The notes under the pieces were generated by a model. That model made no database searches. It saw only the letters and a list, made by a program, of their open reading frames with translations, and was not told the origin of the DNA. This document shows positions 27,724 to 40,122 of a stretch of DNA of 64,000 bases, piece by piece; the first letter of the stretch is position 1, and the number at the start of each line of letters is the position of its first letter. Origin of the DNA: Octopus vulgaris (lineage: Eukaryota). The DNA is taken from contig OX597826.1 in the NCBI GenBank assembly GCA_951406725.2, forward strand, positions 35,278,001-35,342,000, read 5' to 3'. A program made the translations under genes and the position numbers.

Positions 27724-27940
27724 TGGTTTGACTCAGGATTTATGTGGGTAGCGGCTTACTACATGTAACCTTAGGTATCCACAAGTTTTCATTTGTCTTT
27801 CAAGTCTTTAGAGCCCTCTTGATACTCTTTGCTGTTCCTAAGAGACAAACTTTCTTCTTTCAGCCATTTGTCTATATCTTTCCTTACTGTTTCTAACATG
27901 CCAATTATCATAGGTACAACCTTTACAGTTCTCAGACACA
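27724..27940 (-). mobile_element. Second R4/Dong 3' fragment (different family)
   Basis: Translation VKVVPMIIG.LETVRKD...VCLLGTAKSIKRAL*, the typical RLE C-terminus; (TAA)n tail. Confidence 0.65.
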
Positions 27941-28837
27941 ACCTTTACAGTACTCATAAAACGGTGTGTATGCGATGGCACCTGTGGTTTCAAGGTTAGG
28001 AAATGTCAAGCAGTTAGATTCAGATTACATCCAAAATGACACTGCAGTACAAATATACGAAGCCCAATATACCCATCATAGCAACCCATATCGCCAGCTA
28101 CTAATGGACATTCTCAACTGCTTAAGCTCAAATAACTGGCAAGCAAATCTGTAACCCATCTTCTACACCAAACCAAAACATCTACATAATAACACTTCCA
28201 ATCAGTTAAGATCAGATGACATGAAGAAGAGTCAGTGGTATTGCATCAGAACATTTGTTGTTACTGTCGACGACAGATTTGAAGAGAGATGAGACATGGT
28301 AATCCAGTAGCACCATTAGCAGTAAAAAAGTAAAATAAAGATAAGACAGATCAAGAACTTAGATGAAATGTAGAGCAGCAACTGATACAACAACAACGAC
28401 TTCAGTTGTAATAGAATATAGAAAAGCAAAAGCAAAGAAAAACAACAGGAACAATAGCCATAACAGCAGCAACAATTAACGCTCTGCAATCTAATTTCAT
28501 TGCTCTTTGGAAGGACAAAAGCGAGTTCATGGCGGTCATGAACATCAGTATAAAGGATTACGAACGAAGGAATGGGGCAAAACTAACTGAATAAATCTAT
28601 AAAGACATTTCTGATGGAGACAATACAAGCAATGCACTGGGGGAGCTTTATATATCTCTGCATGATATATAGTGGGGATGTTCAAATGAAACCAAGAACG
28701 CAAATACATGAGAGGCAAAGCAGGAATTGCCAGAACAAGAAGTGAAAGAGTGCTGGATTATCAACATTTAAAATATTCCCCTTCATTTCGCAAGCCTATG
28801 TTTCACGTTTAGAAGCATGTTATTAATGTATGTGTTC

Positions 28838-29155
28838 TCATCATCATCATCATCATCATCGTTTAACGCCCGTTTTCCATGCTAGCATGGGTTGGATGTT
28901 TCGACCGGGGTCTGGGAAGCCAGGAGGCTGCACCAGTCTCCAGTCTGATCTGGCAGTGTTTCTGCAACTGAATGCCCTTCCTAACGCCAACCACTCCGTG
29001 AGTGTAGTCGGTGCTTTTTACGTGCCACTGGCACAGGTGCCAGGGGGGGCTGGCAACGTCCACGATCAGTTGGTGGTTCTTACGTGCCACCTACACGGAA
29101 GCCAATCAAGGCGGCGCTGGCATCGGCCACGTACGGATGGTGCTTTTTAGGTGCC
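28838..29155 (-). mobile_element. RTE LINE 3' UTR fragment
   Basis: Minus strand ggttggcgttaggaagggcattcag...gttaaacgatgatgatg; same family as 56591-57559. Confidence 0.85.
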
Positions 29156-30798
29156 TCACTTCAATCCCCTATATTTAATGCTTGGTTGGTTGGGTTGGTT
29201 CGATTTTTTGACAGGGCTGTTTCAGAAAGTCATCGATCTAGGGTTAAACAAAAGCTTTGAAAATCCAAAGTGTAGGCCGGTGGTTATAGACTTGAGCAAC
29301 ATCAGAGGTGACTGGACATGTCAGTTTCAAGGCCAGATTTCATAAGACAGCTCACAAGTTTAGCAGGTACCTGAAATTTAACACAAAAATAAATTTAAAA
29401 AATAAGACGAAAATCAGGCAGTATAGTAGCTTAGAAGAAAATTAGGAAAGTACTTTTGTACAAATACTGACAAGGAGATATTGCGAATAAATGTAGCTAG
29501 TCCGAAGTGCCCCAGGAGAAAGACTGATAGAAACGTGTGATGAGAATCAGAAGAAGAAGGTTGTAAGAAAAATAGAGGGTGTTAGAAAAGGTCAGAGACA
29601 AATTGAGAGTGTATGAAAGAAAGGAGAAGAGAAAGCGGATGAAAAAGAGTTTAAGTGGTAATGGGTGATAAACAAGTTAGAATTAGAAAAGTAAAGATGT
29701 AAGCTAAAATTATGAATAAAAATGCTCGGGAAAAATGTGTACAGCAATTAAAATGAAGGACAATAACTGGACTTGGATATATCCATTATGTCCAGTTGTG
29801 TTTTTACATAGGGTCATTAAGACTCGGTGCTGGTAACACAGAACCGCTCATCTAAAGAGTCCCACGATAGATTTGTTTGAGTATTTCTTGTCTTCCTTCG
29901 TGTGCCTATCTTTGATTTTCTGTCGATAGAATTCTGACTTGTCCTTGGTTATTTTTAAATGGAATGAAAATGTAGTGATACCTGCACAACAAACAACACT
30001 TAATTTCACAAAGTAGGTAGGGGGTACAGTTTACTTTGTCACCTGTTGTATCAACACTGATCAGATGATAAACTGCAACAATTGAACTGCTCTCTTGAGA
30101 GGTAACAGTATTGAATTATTAAGCCAGAATATCTTACAGAAATATGTACTTGAAGCGTCAGTATATTAACTTTTTAGCAACCCATACGACCTGACTATCC
30201 GTCGTTCTCAGACAAAGAGTAATGTTATGCTTATAATAAAAAAATGTCCATTGTACAGATTAGCATCACACTCAGCAAGAGATTTCCATAACTTCCGTTA
30301 ATATTATAGGTACCGGAATTACGCATTGTTCCCACGAACATTTTTGCTTTGGTTTTGTAAAATAATTAACAAATGAATGAAAATGATACTATTTAAAATT
30401 GTACGCATTCCACTTTAATAAGTCTTTATTACTTCATTAGCATATATTTAGAATTAATTATAATTCAAACAACATTACATGATTGATTTTAACATTTTCA
30501 AATAATCGAATCATCCTGGTCTTTTGTGATATGAAGAAGATGGTATATATGCTTCATGCTTTCTATTGGGGAAAAAACTGTTTGTATCGATCAACAAACG
30601 TTAATCAATGACCAGAAATATAAAACTGCAATTTGACAGTTTATTTATAAAGGAAAAACCACCTTCAACGTAATATTGTAACAGTTTTTGGTCATTAGTA
30701 TACTCCACTAACCTCCTTCTCACCACCCAATCGCTAATTATATACAGGCAACAGAGACTGATACAGTGTGTGCGTATGTGTACATACATACACATATA

Positions 30799-30865
<67 letters not shown>

Positions 30866-30898
30866 CGATCAAAATAAGCAACAGGATATCCAGAGGTG

Positions 30899-30986
30899 AT
30901 GCAGTACGACCGTTTCAAGCGGCTCCATTTAATTGAACAATGCAATCATGACATGAATGTAAATGCAGGGCTATCCTCAGCTGCAT
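30899..30986 (-). ncRNA. Type-I hammerhead ribozyme motif with long branched stem II
   Basis: Minus strand atgcag-CTGAGGA-tagc...gctt-GAAA-cggtcg-TA-ctgcat; perfect 6-bp stem I, GUA cleavage triplet. Confidence 0.75.
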
Positions 30987-31756
30987 AAATAAATAAATAG
31001 AATTTATTTAATCAGTTGGACATATTTGCATAATTTTACTTAGAACCTCTAAGAAGGTAAGAAGACAAACAAAGCCCATGCTGTTATCACTTCAGCTTAG
31101 AAGCTTCCAAGACACCAGGAAAAAAATCGTTAGGGTCATAGCTTGTCTTTGATTTAGCTCAGTTTTAATTTATTAGTCTTGTCTATCAAATCTTTGTAAT
31201 ATTCAAATCTAAGTCGAGAGAATAGTGTCTGTTAGGAAAGGGCATCAGAGAGTGAAAGAATCATAAAGGAGGGTATAGTCATAGAACTTGTCGAAATTAT
31301 TTTGAAGTAGGATATATATATATATATATGTATGTATGTATGTATGTATATATATATATTGTTTGCCTCATAAATTTTCAGAGAATTTTTAATATTGCTT
31401 TTTAGGGTACATCACATAATGCTATAAATATTGGTTTGAAAAACCACTTTGGATAGAAAATGTTTGGCAATCTTCGATATTTACCATCCATTTGTGTTTT
31501 CACCCTAATATTTACATGCTTTTTATTACAGCTTTATGTGATATGCTTCAAGAGTCAAAATTGCCAAAAAGATATGTGTGTGCGTACGTGATATATGCAT
31601 GTATATATACCTATATGGAGTTATATATACATATATGTGTGTGTGTATATAATTATATATATAGATAGATATATACAAGTGTGTGTATGCCTGCATGTAT
31701 ATATATATATATATATATATATACTTTATTTAAAGCAGCAGAAAATTCTACAAAAC

Positions 31757-31793
31757 CTGTTACTCTAAGTTTCACGTGCCGTTCATCGGACAG
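31757..31793 (-). ncRNA. Minimal 37-nt type-I hammerhead motif (U4C core variant)
   Basis: Minus strand ctgt-CCGATGA-acg gca cgt-GAAA-cttagag-TA-acag. Confidence 0.65.
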
Positions 31794-31819
31794 TTTAATT
31801 TATACATACATACATACAC

Positions 31820-31988
31820 GCATAGAATCTGGTCCCAACATGGCATCGCAAGAACAAACGTTGCTGTGTACCGTGCTTGTGTACTGACATCGCTTCTCTA
31901 CTCATGTGAGACATGGACTCTGTACAAACGTCAGGTAAGGGTCCTTGAACGTTTTCATCAGAGATGTCTCAGACACATTCTCAATTAA
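31820..31988 (+). mobile_element. Short internal RTE/BovB-like LINE fragment
   Basis: RIWSQHGI..VAVYRACVLTSLLYSCETWTLYKRQVRVLERFHQRCLRHILN is homologous to the post-RT region of the ORF at 41662-43113. Confidence 0.85.
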
Positions 31989-32035
31989 ACAGAAATGGAA
32001 AACATTTTTAATCAACAAACAAATTGACTACCATT

Positions 32036-32376
32036 GATTATTGTTTTTTTAATGCAAAATTGTAGCATTTCTAATAGCCGTTTCTGCTTCCAATGTCTGT
32101 CAGCGCTGCCAAAGAGAATCCTGAAAATAATATTCGTCATATTCTATAGCACATCTGATCTGGCATATGGAGGTTCATCAGAATGAAGACAAATACACCA
32201 AATAAAAGAAGAGAAGAGAAAAGGACAGGGCCTCAAGATGAGGAAAGAAGACTTAATATATTTGAATCATACCATTTTGCAGTGTAATACTTGAAGCCGA
32301 TGCCAGTGCTGACAGACATTGGAAGCAGAAACGGCTGTTAGAAATGTTAAAGTGTTGTATTACAACAACAATAATC
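32036..32376. mobile_element. MITE with ~75-bp terminal inverted repeats
   Basis: gattattg...catttctaatagccgtttctgcttccaatgtctgtcagc vs gctgacagacattggaagcagaaacggctgttagaaatg...caataatc. Confidence 0.8.
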
Positions 32377-32413
32377 CCTTAGATAGTTATTCCAACCGCT
32401 AAATCTACAAACC

Positions 32414-32470
<57 letters not shown>

Positions 32471-32501
32471 TATGCGTGTGCCTACATATATATATGTGTA
32501 A

Positions 32502-32540
<39 letters not shown>

Positions 32541-32764
32541 ATTGACTAAATAGTAAGAATATCAGAAATATTTGAGGACACTCTGCCCTGTTGTATCATA
32601 CAGGACTCAAGGTACTCCACTCATGTTAGCTATTTGATATTTTAATCCATTTAATTCATGAGGATTGTTATTATAAAATATTCCCAAAACATGAAACTTT
32701 GCTCTATTTTAACAATTTATATAGATATTGTGTGTGTGTGTGTGCATATATATACGTATATATA

Positions 32765-32970
32765 CGAGCTGGCAGAAGAGAGAGCATGCCATATAAAATG
32801 CTTAGCAACATTTAGTCAATCTCTACGTTCTGATTTCAAATTCCGCGCAGGTAGACTTTGCGGCTCATTGTTTTTTTCCAAATTGATAAAATAAGTACCA
32901 GTTACATGCCTGAGTCGATAGTATCGATTAAGCCCCCCCCTCCCATCAAATTTCAGACCTTATGCCTGTA
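32765..32970 (+). mobile_element. Diverged Deu/Nin-like SINE
   Basis: gagctggcagaa...ttcaaattccgc...gataaaataagtaccagtt. Confidence 0.65.
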
Positions 32971-34354
32971 AGATTCTATGTATATGCAGTAGCCTGGCAG
33001 CTTTACTGAATATGCAATATAATTCATTATTGTAAACGGGCGAATCCAAAATCGGTGACGCTACGTAAGAAATGTTGTATGAAATTGTTAACAAACATGA
33101 GTGTATGTAAACAAAATCCCTTGTTTGCAATAGTTCTTAGCAAACAGAGGAAAATAGATTCAGGAGCTGACCAATGTAGGGAAAACTTTCCTTTTGATTT
33201 TATCCATTAATTGTTTAGTTAATACATTAGCAAATATTTTTCTAGATTTCCTAACAAAGCAGTGGGGTTGCGCAACGGACATACTCCTACTTGTTAATCT
33301 CAGGTGCTAATATTTGTAAATGTTGAGGCAAAGGTAAATAGAGGATATTCCAGTAGAGAGGGAAAACATTTTAAGTTCTTGGGTAGTGCAAGGACAGACG
33401 GTAAAAAGTCGTATTATATGCATTATAATATTTAATTACATTTTGTAACATTTGCTGCATTACCAATTCATATCTCATTAACTTTGACTTTACTTTTGTC
33501 TTCCAGCAATCGATAAATCATTATCATTCATAAAAGAAGATCGAATTAAGCGAATACATTTCTCCCCTATAAATATTTGATTTTTATTTTTACAAAGAAT
33601 GAAATCGATATTTAGTGTTGAGGTGGGGACCTGGCAGACAGTAAGTTCGTTGATGTAAATGAATTTGAGGAGTTTGTAGAGAAAGTAATTTGTGAGACTA
33701 ACATATAATTTTGTATGCATGCATACACAGTGATATAAAGTTATACATACATATGTATACTTAGATACATGTAAACACACATTTATACAAAAATACATAC
33801 TACCATACATACAAAAAGACCTGCATATATACATAGAAACGCATATACAGTTATACATGGATACAAATATACATACAAGCATGCATACATTCATACAGAT
33901 AGACATACAACTATAAAGAGTGTCCAATCAGCTACGTAGTTTGAGCGTCGGATACATTGCCTTGCGGGTAATCATTCCAGCTTTCTGCTTTCAAACCCCA
34001 TTCAAATCAGCGGTAATTTTCGTCGTTCCAAGACAATAAATAAAGGCCATTTCCTGTACTTAGTTTCAGTTCTTCTCTTTCTCTAGCTTCTTCCCCAAAC
34101 CACTACTTCTGGAAGAAATCAAACATAGTCAAACTTGGACTGGGATGGGCTCTGCTAAGTCCTCAATGTTAAAAACATGCCGAATGTCAAGACAGCTCTT
34201 TTACAATTCAGTCAATAAGTTAATGGCCCGAGGCACAATTTTGTACCTGCGTGGATGTGTGTGAGTACGTATGTATGTTTATGAATGTATGCGTGTATCT
34301 TTGTATATACACATATACACAAGCACTTAGGTATGTATATATCTTTTATCATTA

Positions 34355-34570
34355 TCTTTTATTTCTGTCAGTCATTGGACTGCAGCCATGTTGGGGTATT
34401 GCCTTGAAGAATTATAGTCAAGCTAATCTACCCCAGTACTTAATCTCATTTTAAGCCTGATACTTACTCTATCAGACCCCCTTAAGTTAAGGGGACGTAA
34501 GCACACTAATAACATTTGACAAGCAGAGTGGTCGGGTGTGTGAGAGGGTGAGTCACAGACACAAAGACAC
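34355..34570 (-). mobile_element. Diverged 3' half of OR2-like SINE
   Basis: tcagtcattggactgcagccatg...ggggacgtaagcacac...acagacaca. Confidence 0.6.
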
Positions 34571-35605
34571 ACGTGCGTGTGTGTGTGTGTGTGTGTGTGT
34601 GTACAGAGAGAGACAGAACAAAGAGAGACGGAAAAAATGTGTAGAGTTCAGCTGCTGAACATGGCGAATATATATAGTAAAGTATATATTGCCAACACAA
34701 TGTAGCAGTTCGACACAGGATGATGTTAATACTTTTTAGCCCCAGGAAAACTTATTTTCAGGCTGACTTCCGACATATGATCTGTGAGCAAGGGAGTCTC
34801 CTGCTCCCTTTCTAGCCTTATTGATTCCTGTAGACTAATGGTTTCTGGATTATTTCACTTCCTCAGTACAAGACAATCACTGGCTAGAGATGGCAGCCAC
34901 TCAACTTCACTCACAGTATATACTTTTAAAGCGACACACAGTCGCTGATCTCGTAAAGAGAAAAACGGGTTTTAAATATCTGTGTAAGAAATATCTAATA
35001 ATAGTTCCGTACAGTATATATATATAGGATGCATGTTAGAATGGTCTCAATTCTGAGTGTTGTACTAAGCATCTGGTTTTGATTTTGGTTCTATCCAAAA
35101 GCTATCAAATATTTCTACCAATACCGGTGAGTTTAATAACCAGTGAACGTTCGGATATTATTCCTGCCATATGTCTAATGATGAAATCTGAGCTCATACA
35201 AATAGTAAATCCTCTGGAAGTTCTTAATAAGTTCTTAATATAATATATACGTATATTTAGTTCCATCTTCACAGTTGTAGTGTTTAGTTAGAGTTTTAGC
35301 GATATTTGCACTTATATTTAAAATACAGGGGAAAAAGGATGTTTTCTGTATTCTTTTATTAGATCTATTAGACGTTAAGAAACATAGTATTCTCGTTGAT
35401 TTACAAAAGAACTATTTCACTAATACAGACACGTATCGATGAAAAATAAAACATGGCAGAGTTACACAAATAGGAACTATTAATCTTTCAGTGTTTAAGA
35501 AAACATGGAATTTACGAGAAGAAAGAGTACGATTCATTCATTGCGGCTGTAGGAAGCAATGCATGAAGAAATCAAACTATCCACAGGAAAGCACTCAGTG
35601 CCAAA

Positions 35606-36220
35606 TGGTGGTGGCTGCCCCCTCGTTATCGAGTATGGCCATTGCACGAAGCTTAATTAATGTTGTTATGCCTGTGCAAGAAGATTTTTTTAAAAGTGAG
35701 GAAAGGCTGTGCACTGAGTCAATCCCACTCACTTAGCAACACAGTCATAATCCAAAAAGAAGAACAAGTCAACATCATCGGTAACCACCGAACCGCAATT
35801 TTTATGTCGGAGTTATCCCAGTTACCTGAGTTACCTTCTCCTAGAAGGATGCCCTAACAAAGGCTAGGAGTCCTTCACTGCCAACGGATTAACCGCGCAA
35901 TCGGATATTCAGTCCGATTATTTCTATGTCCCCGCGCATGATACAGCCTTAAGACCTTTATTTGATGGCCGTTGACTCTCAAGAGTTCCTCCGCCCTTTG
36001 ACGGGTTTTGTTTTTCATCCCGCAGAGTGTCCAATAAACACCCTCCTCACCAAGCAAGCTTGGTGGGGTTGCCAGTTTAGTCGCCGACGACCCAACCATG
36101 AACAGGTTGTACTGGATTACATGTTTCCAGTAGCACTCGAAAGTGACCTGTGCCAAATACATGCAAAAGAAGACATTGCTAACATCCTACAAGGGTGGGC
36201 AGTGTCAGAGAACCATGCAT
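35606..36220 (-). mobile_element. Non-autonomous RTE-derived element (RTE 5'-UTR-like motif plus RTE 3' tail)
   Basis: Minus strand gggcatccttctaggagaaggtaactc resembles an RTE 5'-UTR motif; last 45 nt are 43/45 identical to the LINE tail at 52341-52385; (cca)n tail; no RT homology seen. Confidence 0.7.
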
Positions 36221-37819
36221 AGATTCATTGTACGACACAAGATATATGTACAGACGTTTCAAATAATTTCGTCATGGTTTCCCTCCACTCAATATTTCAA
36301 TCAACTCTAGGCTGTCTTAGAAGTCGCTTGTCCCCAAGGGCAATCCTATTCTCATATTTTAATAGCCATCCGTTTGGGTTTTCTTCAGGAGTGGCTTGCA
36401 TCATGCATCATGTTGCTGGAGGTTTACTGAAAACAAGTAAAATTCTGAGCGAACTTTCTGCCCTCTCTTTACATTGTAAATATAAGCTGCAAATCTGCTT
36501 CGTACAAAACAAATGATAAAGACTTTTTTGAAAGCTCCAAATTGTTTTCATATTTGAAAGACACGTGAAAATTTTAAAACAAATACAGAAGAGAAAGTGA
36601 TAACGAACAGAATGAAAACTTCACTAATTCTCCACCAATGTGAACTTAAGTGCATCGATTGCATGCTAAACATAGCATTCCTATTGGGAGTCTCAATTTG
36701 CAAAAATAGAATTCCAGGACGAAGCGGTTTCTATTTAGAAAATGTATTTTTCTAGAGACGAAATTTTCGGATACTGTGCTCGTGTAGTGTCACTGTTGCT
36801 GTACTGCTGTGCTGCAGTTGTTGTTGTTGCCTTTGTTGTTGTAAAATATTTCAATAACGTCTAATAAATCATGCCATCTGGTATTGTTCTCAATTCAAAA
36901 TAGAAGGAAAATTGCAGAAGGAAAACAAATTGAAAAAAGAAAAAATTTCAAAAATATAATCTTTGCAATGTAACGCAAATTAACTTCGGCCATGCTGTTG
37001 TTATTTCTAATGTTGTTGTTGTTGTTGTTGTCGTCGTCATCGTTGTTGTCGTTATTGTTGCTACTGTTGTTGTTGCTGCTACTGCTGATAGTTTTTTCTT
37101 TTTTGTTTTTGATTGCATTTTACAGGCTTGATTCCATCACCAATGCTCTTGTTGCTCTTTGGGGAGTAATTTCGTTTTTCTTGGGTCACACTGACCTCAT
37201 ATTAGGAGAATCTCTCATCTTGAACCTACAAAATATACCATTCCAAAGAAAATACAAGCATTACTGGCAATAATGTAAATGGCTGACGGCTTGTATCCTG
37301 TTAGAAGTGCTGTGATATGTGATGGGACAAAATAAGCTTAAATTAACAACACCGCATTCCATTTAACAGAAAAACGGATCCAGTTTCTCTATTTCAATGT
37401 AGAGGGAGACAACTCATTACAACATTTTAAACTGAAGTGTTTTATTAGTTTAAATCACTGACTTAAAATTTTCTAGTAAATGTAAGGAAGAAATTTTGTT
37501 TTGATACTCAACAATGACTTCATTATGATAGATGCATAAAATTATCTTAACCTGCTCTCTAACCACACTCCATGTCTTATGAAATCCGAAAACAGTTTTT
37601 TATGAATTCAAGCAAACAAAATGATCAGCTAGGGTGAGAAAAATCTGGAGTCATCTGCAAAAAGAATTAAATGTTGCAATATTAGTGTCAATGGTTTTTA
37701 TATGATAGAAAATTACACTCTGAAAGAAAACAATAGCAAGATGTGGTTGTCATTTTTGAATGTTTTTTGATAGTCTGGTTCTCAAAGAAGCCTCTCGTGT
37801 ACATATATATATATATAGT

Positions 37820-38196
37820 GGAGGCGCAATGGCCCAGTGGTTAGGGCAGCGGACTCGTGGTCGTAGGATCGCGGTTTCGATTCCCAGACCGGGCGTTGTG
37901 AGTGTTTATTGAGCGAAAACACCTAAAGCTCCACGAGGCTCCGGCAGTGGATGGTGGTGATCCCTGCTGTACTCTTTCACCACAACTTTCTCTCACTCTT
38001 ACTTCCTGTTTCTGTTGTACCTGTATTTCAAAGGGCCGGCCTTGTCACTATCTGTGTCACGCTGAATATCCCCGAGAATTACGTTAAGGGTACACGTGTC
38101 TGTGGAGTGCTCAGCCACTTACACGTTAATTTCACGAGCAGGCTGTTCCGTTGATCGGATCAACCGGAACCCTCGTCGTCGTAACCGACGGAGTGC

Positions 38197-38200
<4 letters not shown>
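37820..38200 (+). mobile_element. Young full-length tRNA-derived SINE (third family) inserted in (TA)n
   Basis: A box tggcccagtgg, B box ggtttcgattccc, CpG-rich intact body, (TA)n on both sides. Confidence 0.85.
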
Positions 38201-38294
<94 letters not shown>

Positions 38295-38360
38295 CATACA
38301 CATATATAATTGAAAAAATTGGAGTCAGCAAGAAGAGGTACGTTTGGAAACTTTTTTTTA

Positions 38361-38466
38361 ATCACTATAATTATTTCAACGCAACGTACTTCTCCAGGCA
38401 TACAGGTTCTTGATTATGCACCTGTTTCCCTACATTATGAGATCTAGTTGTGTTTCTTCAGGTGAT
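38361..38466 (-). ncRNA. Type-I hammerhead ribozyme motif with extended stem II, within a PLE pLTR-like repeat (~38305-38480)
   Basis: Minus strand atcac-CTGAAGA-aacacaac...gttgcgtt-GAAA-taatta-TA-gtgat; second copy inverted at ~41255-41412. Confidence 0.75.
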
Positions 38467-38780
38467 ATGTAAATATTGTCTCCATTAGTTTAAAATCCTC
38501 GGCTTCAAGAAATCCTATATGTCCGTCACGTCCTGAATTTAGTAGTAGTCACTGAGCTTATCTGGGTGTTTTGTCACTGAAGGGCTATTGGCAAACTGCT
38601 TTGAATGTGGTATGGTGATTTTGGTACTGTTAAAATGGTTGCCATTTTAAAGGGATTGGTATTTTACTTCTTTGTGCTGCTGATTTGTTCTTCATGTGGT
38701 TACACATTGGTTACACACGTGATTGTCCTAAGCTGGCCTTGAAGATTCATTACTCGGACACATGTAGTTATAGAAACGCG

Positions 38781-38838
<58 letters not shown>

Positions 38839-38889
38839 CATTCACATCCACACACACATATATATGTGCGTATATGTATACACATCTGT

Positions 38890-39960
38890 AGAATCTATCC
38901 CTTTGATAAGTCTCCATGTACAGAGAGCAATTGTGTTGTATGTAGGATGAACCCACAGGTTAACTTTAAGGTTAGGAATATAGTTTATAGCTTATGATGT
39001 ACTGAAAGACAGTGCAGAAACATGGCAAGTACTTACTTTGGAGAGACGGCATACAGCATAGGAGAGTGTATATGTGACACTGGCGAGGGCTCAAGGAAAA
39101 CAAAGGCTTGTCAGCGCTCTAACACCGTGCTCAAGCAGAACATGGAGCCTCGATTAATAGTATAGACGTTAAAGTATTATTGACACATAGAACTGACACG
39201 ACACTTAGATAGATCACAGAGGCTACACACAAAACAGTAGACAGACCAAACCTCAACAGAAAACAAAAATGGAACAATAACACCCACCACTACATCACAT
39301 GACCAAAGGTAGAAAGCAGAAGAAGAGAGAGGAGAAACAAGTAATAATGATAAAAAATAAAATATAAATACAAACAGGGAAATACACACACAATAGACAT
39401 ATATGCGTATATCTGTGATACATATAACAAATAGAGATGAATAAGCAAAATAAAATTTTTAAAATTTATATAAATATATTGATCACATACCTGTGATAGA
39501 TATAAGAAACATATTTAGACACAAAATATAAATGAATAACTAAATTTAAAGAAAGGGTATGGATACAAATAACATAGGAAGCCAACCAATGTACACGCAC
39601 AAACACACACACACAATAACTTCACAGACGGCTTTAGCAGTATCAACAACACGACTAACAACAACAGCAGCAACGTCAGTGACAATAACAGTAAGAACAA
39701 CAACGACCACGATGGTAGCACTGCAGGTGAACACAGAGAGAGAGATACAGGAACTGTACCAAAATTTTCGGGTCCTAGGACAGCTGCAGTGACAATGGGG
39801 TCAGAATATTAGAATAAGGGGAAGGTCATACTGCTACAAAGAATAATGATATGCACACACAAACACGGACGCACACAGGGATGCATATCATAAGATAACA
39901 CATGAAGATGAAAAGTGTTGTTGAAGAGGTCACAGAGGTGTGACAAAAGATTTTCAGACA
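38890..39960 (+). mobile_element. Penelope-like element 3' remnant: GIY-YIG endonuclease plus decayed hammerhead
   Basis: PFDKSPCTESNCVVCR..NIVYSL*CTERQC..YFGETAYSIGE..HW..SAL*H..EH..LR*ITEA..PNLNRKQKW at 38899-39275 (one frameshift, three stops); hammerhead-like ttgaaga-g-gtcaca gagg tgtgac-aaaa-gatt-tt at 39916-39960. Confidence 0.75.
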
Positions 39961-40071
39961 ATGTACATGAGTTAGTATAAGAACAGTAATAAACGAGTGA
40001 AGAACAAAAATATATGGTGCATGTGTTTATTTGGCAAAAAACACATACAATCTCGAAATACAACAGTACAT

Positions 40072-40122
<51 letters not shown>

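Noticed and set aside
37820-37895. Functional tRNA gene
   Set aside because: The tRNA-like head continues into a SINE body, and no proper acceptor stem or T-run terminator is seen
38983-39000. TGA as selenocysteine in the PLE endonuclease
   Set aside because: The TGA is not at the conserved Cys position, and the copy also has TAA/TAG stops and a frameshift
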